From the IMG/VR virus record IMGVR_UViG_3300030329_003470, positions 64,001-128,000 of that record: 64,000 nt of DNA; one strand, given 5' to 3'. The position numbers and the translations under genes were made by a program. The notes under the pieces were generated by a model. The model made no database searches, was not told the DNA's origin, and worked only from the letters and a program-made list of their open reading frames with translations. Position 1 is the first letter of the stretch. Each line of letters starts with the position of its first letter. Source of the DNA: a virus. Of this stretch, positions 57,108-64,000 are shown one piece after another.

Positions 57108-57906
57108 AAATTTTATATCAGGTGGATGTAGTTTTACCTTTGGCAATGAATTAAGCGACGATAATGGTGGCAACATACCGTCTAGAAAAAGTTGGGCATA
57201 TGGATTAATGAATGATACTCAGGCTACTTCGCAAGACAATTACATTTGCACTGCAAAAGGAGGTATAGGAAATACAGCGATTGCTCGTAGAGTTTTTAAT
57301 ACAGTAGCAAACACAAAAGATATTAGTTGTGTAGTTGTGATGTGGAGTTTCAACTCACGATACGATTGGGCGATGCCACGTCATAGACTTTTAGAAGACA
57401 CACGTTGGGCAACAATGTCTCCGTGGGATACAAAATTAGCAGACGAAGAAAGGCACAAAACAATTCAAGGATCAGAAGCAGAATTAGAATATTGGAAACA
57501 TAGGAAAGATATGATGCAAGAAACTAGGGTACAACCTTTTGCAGATGCAATTTATAGATATGCGGCCAACGAGTATCACGAAACTTACCTAAGTTGGAAA
57601 AGTATAATTTGGCTACAAAATATTCTTGAAAAGAAAAATATTCCGTATTTGTTTACACTTGCAGACAATAGTTTATTTTATAAAGATTTTGACCCACACA
57701 AAGATCAAGACTCTTTTATGACAGCATTACACAATGAAATTAATTTTACCAACTGGTTTTCCTTTGGTGAACGTAATATGGGGTTTAATCAATGGTCGGT
57801 AATAAACGAATATAAACGAGGCACTACACATCCACTTGATAAAGCACACCAAGATGCTGTACAATTAATGTTGCCAAAGTTTAAGAAAATAATAGGAGGA
57901 AAATAA
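57100..57906 (+). CDS. Second SGNH/GDSL-hydrolase-like protein
   Basis: GGCSFTFG, AKGGIGN, VVVMWS...R and C-terminal THP. Confidence 0.55.
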   Translation: MTKNFISGGCSFTFGNELSDDNGGNIPSRKSWAYGLMNDTQATSQDNYICTAKGGIGNTAIARRVFNTVANTKDISCVVVMWSFNSRYDWAMPRHRLLEDTRWATMSPWDTKLADEERHKTIQGSEAELEYWKHRKDMMQETRVQPFADAIYRYAANEYHETYLSWKSIIWLQNILEKKNIPYLFTLADNSLFYKDFDPHKDQDSFMTALHNEINFTNWFSFGERNMGFNQWSVINEYKRGTTHPLDKAHQDAVQLMLPKFKKIIGGK

Positions 57907-58010
57907 TGTTTAATTGGATAAAAAAACTAATTGATAGAATTAAGTCTGAATTAGCATATAGAAAAAGACTTAAAGAGTTAAAGAAAAAAGACCCGTTTAT
58001 ATACAAGTAA
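57906..58010 (+). CDS. 34-aa basic peptide
   Basis: MFNWIKKLIDRIKSELAYRKRLKELKKKDPFIYK; AGGAGG RBS; TAATG-coupled to the upstream gene and fills the gap exactly. Confidence 0.6.
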   Translation: MFNWIKKLIDRIKSELAYRKRLKELKKKDPFIYK

Positions 58011-58013
58011 AAA

Positions 58014-58661
58014 ATGGACATACTTAATAAAGATAAACTCAAGCAAGTACTTGAGAAATGGAAGGGACACCCATCTATTACGGAGTTAATGGATCGTTTT
58101 GACAAACTTCAAACATATACAAAAAAGAAGTTTGAAAAAAAACCAAAATATGATTTAATTGAACTGCATAATATAGATGTTAAAGAAGATCCTGTAAGAC
58201 CTGAGTTAACTTTAGAGTTTAGACAAAAACATGGCAGAAAGATATATGGACTAAAAGACGAAGAAGGAGATATAGCGGCAATTATGTGTTTTGCTTTTAC
58301 ACACAACGTACCAAAAACAGTTGAAGAAATGGATAGATTAAGTTATGATGCTTGGATGCAATCAACACACAGAGCAGGTGTGCAAGGAGATATTGCAATA
58401 GCATACACAGTTTGGGCAAAAAAAAGAGGCGGCGGAAAAGCCATAGTAAATGAAGTGTATAAAATGATTAAAAAATCACATCACTTAAACAGATTAGTTA
58501 CACTATCGCCTTTAACTGATATGGCAAGAAAGTTTCATATTAGAAATGGAGCAAAAGAATTACAAGTAAACGAAGAAACACAAAATTTTGAATATGATAT
58601 TACGTTAGAAGATTGGGAGAAAGCATTAGATAAAGCAAAAAGGTTTTTTAAAATAAAATGA
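58014..58661 (+). CDS. GNAT-fold-like hypothetical protein
   Basis: AYTVWAKKRGGGKAIV..RLVTLSPLT.MARKFHIRNGA pattern. Confidence 0.45.
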   Translation: MDILNKDKLKQVLEKWKGHPSITELMDRFDKLQTYTKKKFEKKPKYDLIELHNIDVKEDPVRPELTLEFRQKHGRKIYGLKDEEGDIAAIMCFAFTHNVPKTVEEMDRLSYDAWMQSTHRAGVQGDIAIAYTVWAKKRGGGKAIVNEVYKMIKKSHHLNRLVTLSPLTDMARKFHIRNGAKELQVNEETQNFEYDITLEDWEKALDKAKRFFKIK

Positions 58662-60121
58662 GAGTATTAGGTATTAATTGTATGAATCACGATGCCGCAA
58701 TGGCAGTAGTAGATTTTAGTAGTGGCATAGGAGAAGTACTATGGGCCGCTCATGCTGAACGTTATTCAAAAGTAAAAAATGATTTTCATTTAAATTGGGC
58801 AATAGTAAATGAAGCAAAAACATACGGTCCTTTTGACAAAGTTGTTTATTATGAAAAACCTTTATTAAAAAAAACAAGACAATTATATGCAGGACAATAC
58901 AATGATGCATTTAGTTATACTGAAATGCCACAGAGACATTGTGGTATATTTGGAATTAAAATAGATGAGTTTGTACTACATCATGACAGTCATGCCGCGG
59001 CAGGATATTTTACATCACCTTTCAAAGAAGCCACAATACTTACAGTGGACGCAATAGGTGAATGGGATACTGTTTCTATATCAACTGCTGAAAAAGTTTG
59101 GATAGAAAGAAAAGAAACTATAAAGTATCCACACAGTTTAGGTATATTGTATTCTGCATTTACACATCGTTGTGGATTAAAGCCTGCAGAAGAAGAATAT
59201 ATTTTAATGGGCATGGCGGCATATGGCAAGCCAATTTATAAAGAGGACATATATGAAGATTTTGTAGAACAAAGTCCTTTTAAACTCAAAAAGAATTTGC
59301 ACAGAGGATTAAGTGATTGGCATCCAGAAGCAGATGTTATGGATCTTGCCGCAAGTATACAATCAGTTACAGAAGAATGTCTTGCAGGACTATGGCATAG
59401 AGCGAGTAAGTATGGATCACGTAATTTAGTATATGCTGGAGGAGTAGCATTAAATTGTGCCGCCAACAGAGTACTTGCAAATTTGGGATTGTTTGACAAT
59501 ATATGGATTATTCCAAACCCAGGTGATGCAGGAAGTTCGTTAGGTTGTATTGCCGCAAGTGAGAAAACATTTATTAATTGGAAAAGTCCGTTCTTAGGAC
59601 ACAACATAGAAGGTGAATATCCAGTAGATAAAATTATAAAAGAATTAAAAGAAAATAAGATGGTAGGAGTTGCAAATGGTAGAGCAGAGTTTGGTCCCAG
59701 GGCACTTGGTAATAGATCTCTTTTAGCAGACCCACGTGGTCCAGAAATTAAGGATTTGGTAAATGCAATTAAGAAAAGACAGAAGTTTAGACCCTTTGCA
59801 CCAGCCATATTAGAAGAGGATGTAAACGACTATTTTGAACTACCTAAAGGTGTTTTAAACACCCCTTATATGCAATATACAGCGGCGTGTACGCATGGTA
59901 AAGACTTTCCTGCCATAATACACTACGATAACACAAGTCGCGTACAAACCGTCTCTAAAAGCGATAATGAAGGGTTTTATGAACTGCTTAAAGCATGGAA
60001 AAAAGAAACAGGGTGTCCTATGTTGTTAAACACGAGTTTGAATATTAAGGGTCAACCAATAGTAAATGACGTTAATGATGGTAAAGCATTTACCAAAAAA
60101 TATGGAGTAAAAGTATTATAA
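58658..60121 (+). CDS. Carbamoyltransferase (NodU/CmcH/TobZ family)
   Basis: HDAA.A, HAERYS..K, HH.SHAAAG.F.SPF, DAIGE, GGVALNC, PGDAG, EFGPRALG.RS.LA.P, RPFAP and LLNTSLN. Confidence 0.93.
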   Translation: MRVLGINCMNHDAAMAVVDFSSGIGEVLWAAHAERYSKVKNDFHLNWAIVNEAKTYGPFDKVVYYEKPLLKKTRQLYAGQYNDAFSYTEMPQRHCGIFGIKIDEFVLHHDSHAAAGYFTSPFKEATILTVDAIGEWDTVSISTAEKVWIERKETIKYPHSLGILYSAFTHRCGLKPAEEEYILMGMAAYGKPIYKEDIYEDFVEQSPFKLKKNLHRGLSDWHPEADVMDLAASIQSVTEECLAGLWHRASKYGSRNLVYAGGVALNCAANRVLANLGLFDNIWIIPNPGDAGSSLGCIAASEKTFINWKSPFLGHNIEGEYPVDKIIKELKENKMVGVANGRAEFGPRALGNRSLLADPRGPEIKDLVNAIKKRQKFRPFAPAILEEDVNDYFELPKGVLNTPYMQYTAACTHGKDFPAIIHYDNTSRVQTVSKSDNEGFYELLKAWKKETGCPMLLNTSLNIKGQPIVNDVNDGKAFTKKYGVKVL

Positions 60122-61068
60122 TGAGATTTTTAGTAACAGGCGGATTTGGTTTTATTGGATCACAAGTAGTAGAACAATTATGCAAAGAACATTCAGTAAC
60201 TGTGCTGGATAATCATGACACATATGGCATAATGGATAAAACAGAAGCAGACAAACTTTATAAATGGAGATCTCGTAATTGGACTAGCAACGTAACTCAT
60301 CATAGAGGAGATGTAATGGATAGAATGTCTTGCTTAAGATCATTCAGTCATCGTCCAGATATTGTAATACATCTTGCCGCATATCCTAGAGCAAAGATAG
60401 TTGATAATGATCCAATATTAGGAATACCTAAAATTATAAATGGAACTACAAATTTATTATGGCATTCAACAAACTTTGGTGTAAGAAAATTTGTTTATGT
60501 TAGTAGTAGTATGGTATATGGAGATTTTAAAGATGGTATGAAAGAAGACGGAAATACAAAACCTAAAAACATTTACGGAGAGGCAAAGTTAGCAGGAGAA
60601 AGATTTACAAAATTATTTCAAAAAAGAGATAATTTAGATTATATTGTTATACGTCCTAGTGGTGTTTACGGTCCAGGAGATATGCCTGATAGAGTTGTAA
60701 GTAAGTTTTTTGAAAAAGCAATGAAGAATGATCCAATAACATTACACAATGGAGAGAATAAAGTTGACTTTACATACATAGAAGACACAGTGCAAGGTAT
60801 AATAAAAGCCGCAACGTCGTCAGTAGCCAATGTTAGTTTTAACATAACCCAAGGTAACGCAACAAGTTTAAGAAAACTTGCAGAAACAATTATAGAAATT
60901 ACAGGTAGTGAGTCAGAACTTGAAGATATTGGCAATCATGATTTGTATCCAATGCGTGGAACACTTGATATATCTAGAGCAAAAGACTTAATTGGATACG
61001 AACCACAATATGAATTAAAAGAAGGATTGAAAAAATATTATGACTGGATTCGACAGTATTCAAGTTAG
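60121..61068 (+). CDS. NAD-dependent nucleotide-sugar epimerase/dehydratase
   Basis: VTGGFGFIG, SSSMVYG, YGEAK (YxxxK), VYGP and DFTYIED. Confidence 0.92.
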   Translation: MRFLVTGGFGFIGSQVVEQLCKEHSVTVLDNHDTYGIMDKTEADKLYKWRSRNWTSNVTHHRGDVMDRMSCLRSFSHRPDIVIHLAAYPRAKIVDNDPILGIPKIINGTTNLLWHSTNFGVRKFVYVSSSMVYGDFKDGMKEDGNTKPKNIYGEAKLAGERFTKLFQKRDNLDYIVIRPSGVYGPGDMPDRVVSKFFEKAMKNDPITLHNGENKVDFTYIEDTVQGIIKAATSSVANVSFNITQGNATSLRKLAETIIEITGSESELEDIGNHDLYPMRGTLDISRAKDLIGYEPQYELKEGLKKYYDWIRQYSS

Positions 61069-62344
61069 GTTTAAAAATATTGAGTTTTACAAATCACCAT
61101 TAGCAAATACTAGGACAGTTCCTTTTGTTGACAGTTATTTCGATATACTAAAGGCAGTTGTGAATGATGTTAAAACAGAATACTTTTGGTTCTTTGCAAG
61201 TTTTTGTAAATTAGATACAAACTTTGATTGGAATTACATTCCAGAACAACACGAAAAAGATCAAATACACGTTTGGTATACAACTCATCCTATGGGCGGA
61301 TTAAACAAAGAAGGTAATGTGTTTTTAATACCTACACAAAAGTTTAAAGAACAAATGAATAGTTTAAAATTTTTACGTGATTTTAAAGATATAAACTATC
61401 ATGCTTCACCTGTTTTAGAAGTACAACCAATTACAGTAACTTATTTTGAATTAAAAGATCCTTATGTAAACTATCATACAAATCCTGTTTTATACAAATG
61501 GTTGGTTAACAAAGATTTACAAGGAATAAAACTTCCAAATTTTTATCCAAGTTTTTGGGAAGACGAAAAAATTTATACATTTGGCAAAACAAAAGATATT
61601 ATGTTAGTGCCTTATCGTAAAGATTTAAAACAGTTTTATGATATAGATAGAGCAGTTCATTATGATTATGAATACGATTCTAAACCAATGGATATAGTTT
61701 TTATTTCATATGATGAACCAAATGCTGAAAAACGTTATAAAGAACTTAAAGCAAAATACCCAAAAGCAAAATGGAGCAAAAATGTAATAGGGCAAACACT
61801 TGCTTATGTCACCGCGGCACTAAAGAGTGAAACTGATTATTTTTTTGCAGTATTTCCTAAAATTGAAATTGTTGATAGTTTTAAATTTGACTTTCAACCA
61901 GATAGAATGAAAAATCCTTGTCATTATATTTTTAATTGTAAAAATCCTGTTAATGATTTAGAATACGGACATGGTGCAGTATTGTTGTATAATAAAAAAT
62001 TAGTATTAGAAACTAAAGATCCTGGTTTAGACTTTACACTTTCAAAACCTCATGATTGGGTACCTCAATTAAGTGCTATAAATCATTTCAACGAATCTCC
62101 TTGGTTGGCATGGAGAACTGCTTTTAGAGAAGTTGTAAAATTATGCCAATATAAGCCAACGGTTGAATCTAAATTTAGATTAAAAAAATGGTGCCAACTT
62201 GGTAAAGGAGAAAATGCAGATTGGGTATATAAGGGTGCAATTGACGGAAAAGAATTTTACGAAAAAAACAGTGACAACTACGACAAATTAATGTTATCAT
62301 ACAACTTTGAATGGTTAAAACAATACTATGAATCAAAATATTAA
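61040..62344 (+). CDS. Two-domain protein with a C-terminal GT2-like domain (paralog of 49041, DxD lost)
   Basis: DIVFISYDEP..N.VNDL.YG.G..AWR.AFRE.VKL align to 49041, but VDGD is replaced by VFPK. Confidence 0.55.
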   Translation: MTGFDSIQVRFKNIEFYKSPLANTRTVPFVDSYFDILKAVVNDVKTEYFWFFASFCKLDTNFDWNYIPEQHEKDQIHVWYTTHPMGGLNKEGNVFLIPTQKFKEQMNSLKFLRDFKDINYHASPVLEVQPITVTYFELKDPYVNYHTNPVLYKWLVNKDLQGIKLPNFYPSFWEDEKIYTFGKTKDIMLVPYRKDLKQFYDIDRAVHYDYEYDSKPMDIVFISYDEPNAEKRYKELKAKYPKAKWSKNVIGQTLAYVTAALKSETDYFFAVFPKIEIVDSFKFDFQPDRMKNPCHYIFNCKNPVNDLEYGHGAVLLYNKKLVLETKDPGLDFTLSKPHDWVPQLSAINHFNESPWLAWRTAFREVVKLCQYKPTVESKFRLKKWCQLGKGENADWVYKGAIDGKEFYEKNSDNYDKLMLSYNFEWLKQYYESKY

Positions 62345-63452
62345 AATACCTTTTGTAGATTTATATCCGCAGTATGAGGAACTGAAATCAGAAATAGATA
62401 TAGCAATAACAGATATTATTGATAGAACAGACTTTATAACAGGACCAACTGTAGAACGTTTTGAAAAATCAATTTGTGATTATACTGGAGCAGAAGCCTG
62501 TGCTGGTTTAGGATCAGGAACCAATGCTTTAGTATGTGCCTTGAAAGCACTAGGAATAGGACCAGGTGACCATGTAATGACAGTAGGACATACATTTGTT
62601 TCAACTACTGAAGCAATAGTAAATGTAGGAGCAACACCGTTGTTTGTAGATATCGATGAATTTTATCATTTGGACACAGAAGAGATGAGGAAAGTAACCG
62701 GGTCAAAAGAATTTGCATTACCTGAGTTGAAAGCAATTCTATTTGTAGATTTGTATGGTCAAACACCGGACATAGATAAGATTAAGGCATTTGCTCAAGA
62801 GTATAATTTAAAAGTAATTGAAGATGCCGCACAAAGTTTTGGAGCAAAATATAAAAATAAAACAGTCGGTAGTCTAGTAGATTTAACTTGTTTCTCATTT
62901 AATCCTGTTAAAAATTTAGGTGCTATGGGAGATGCTGGTGCAGTTACTGGCAATAAAGAGTTAATTGATAAAGTTAAAATGTATAGAGATCACGGAAGAC
63001 GAACAAAGTTTGAATATGATGTAGTAGGATATAATTCTAGAATAGATAACTTACAAGCAGTTGTTATAGAATCTAAATTAAAAAAATTAAACGAATGGAC
63101 AGAAAAGAAAAGAAAAATTTGTCACAGATACACTGCTGAATTAAAGGGAGTAGTAAAATGTCCTAAAGAAGCACAGTGGAGTTATCATACCTATTATGTG
63201 TATGTAATTGAAACACCAAAAGGAACTAGAGATGCATTACAAAAACATTTGAAAGAAAAAGGAATTCAAACAAACATACATTATAGATTTCCTACACACA
63301 CCACAAAAGCATTTGAACAATATGGTACAGAATTGCCAAGGACTGAATATATGTGTAATAATATTTTAAGTTTGCCTTGCTATTTTACATTACCAAAACA
63401 TCATCAGGATTATATTATAAAAGCAATAAAGGAATTTTATGAAAACAATTAA
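62328..63452 (+). CDS. DegT/DnrJ/EryC1/StrS sugar aminotransferase
   Basis: GSGT.AL..AL.ALGIGPGD.V, EDAAQSFGA and FSFNPVKNLGA.GDAGAV. Confidence 0.93.
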   Translation: MNQNIKIPFVDLYPQYEELKSEIDIAITDIIDRTDFITGPTVERFEKSICDYTGAEACAGLGSGTNALVCALKALGIGPGDHVMTVGHTFVSTTEAIVNVGATPLFVDIDEFYHLDTEEMRKVTGSKEFALPELKAILFVDLYGQTPDIDKIKAFAQEYNLKVIEDAAQSFGAKYKNKTVGSLVDLTCFSFNPVKNLGAMGDAGAVTGNKELIDKVKMYRDHGRRTKFEYDVVGYNSRIDNLQAVVIESKLKKLNEWTEKKRKICHRYTAELKGVVKCPKEAQWSYHTYYVYVIETPKGTRDALQKHLKEKGIQTNIHYRFPTHTTKAFEQYGTELPRTEYMCNNILSLPCYFTLPKHHQDYIIKAIKEFYENN

Positions 63453-64000
63453 TATTAGTTTAGTAGGTGCAGGATATTGGGGTTCTAAGATTGCTAAAGA
63501 ATTAAAAATTATTCAAGGAGTTGGTGACATTGAAATAATAGATATCAAAGATGGCAAAACAATTGATGATGTAAATTATGATAATGTAATATTAGCCACT
63601 CCTGCTTGGGATCATTATATGCAAACCATCGCTTTATTACAAAGAGATAAAAACGTTTATGTAGAAAAACCCTTATCACTTACTTGTACAGATTGTTGTG
63701 TAATAAAAAGTTTTTTAAAAGATCAAACATTAATGGTTGGGCATATATTTTTATATAACGATAGAGTTAAAAAAATAAAAGAACTTTTACCTCAAATAGG
63801 CAAAATACAATATATAGAATCTAATAGATTAAATTGGGGAAGATTTCAAAAGAAGATTAGTACATTACACAGTCTTGCTCCACACGATGTTAGTATCATA
63901 CACTATCTACTTGGTGTACATACTTTTGAAAATATAAAACATACCGGGCATAAGTTTAGTAAATTTGAACAGTATGATAGAGATGAATTTGAATTTACTG
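63439..64000 (+). CDS. Gfo/Idh/MocA family oxidoreductase (truncated by the window end)
   Basis: Manual translation MKTINISLVGAGYWGSKIA..ATPAWDHY..VYVEKP..LMVGHIFLYN..APHD; not in the track. Confidence 0.88.
   Translation, partial: MKTINISLVGAGYWGSKIAKELKIIQGVGDIEIIDIKDGKTIDDVNYDNVILATPAWDHYMQTIALLQRDKNVYVEKPLSLTCTDCCVIKSFLKDQTLMVGHIFLYNDRVKKIKELLPQIGKIQYIESNRLNWGRFQKKISTLHSLAPHDVSIIHYLLGVHTFENIKHTGHKFSKFEQYDRDEFEFT

Noticed and set aside
1-64000. Stop-codon reassignment, as seen in some large phages
   Set aside because: Standard code 11 gives long, abutting ORFs with near-complete coding density, and conserved genes are not broken by TAG or TGA.

Overview
A 64-kb, AT-rich segment of a large T4-superfamily myophage genome, with no host genes, tRNAs, CRISPR or integrase seen. 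Gene order resembles RaK2/GAP32-type jumbo phages; that is inferred from architecture, not from a search. Left to right it holds: (1) the head module on the minus strand (prohead protease gp21, acidic scaffold-like protein, portal gp20) and a tape-measure-like gene; (2) a gp26/gp51-like pair joined by a candidate -1 frameshift; (3) a ~400-nt GC-rich, highly structured non-coding interval back-to-back with a GIY-YIG nuclease gene; (4) an Hc1-like histone-like protein, gp46/gp47 and the late sigma factor gp55; (5) the baseplate operon (gp53-, gp27-, gp5-, gp25- and gp6-like genes and a 4579-aa multidomain protein); (6) three paralogous tail-fibre genes, a Gly-rich fibre ending in a non-splicing Hint domain, and a hydroxylase/SDR/GNAT cassette; (7) a >17-kb translationally coupled sugar-tailoring operon with GT-like proteins, five radical SAM enzymes carrying N-terminal Twitch/SPASM-like domains, two SGNH-like proteins, a carbamoyltransferase, an epimerase, a DegT aminotransferase and a Gfo/Idh/MocA oxidoreductase. 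The best leads are the unassigned structured RNA, the radical-SAM/amino-sugar operon and the Hint-terminated fibre. All protein calls come from motif recognition by eye; no searches were run.
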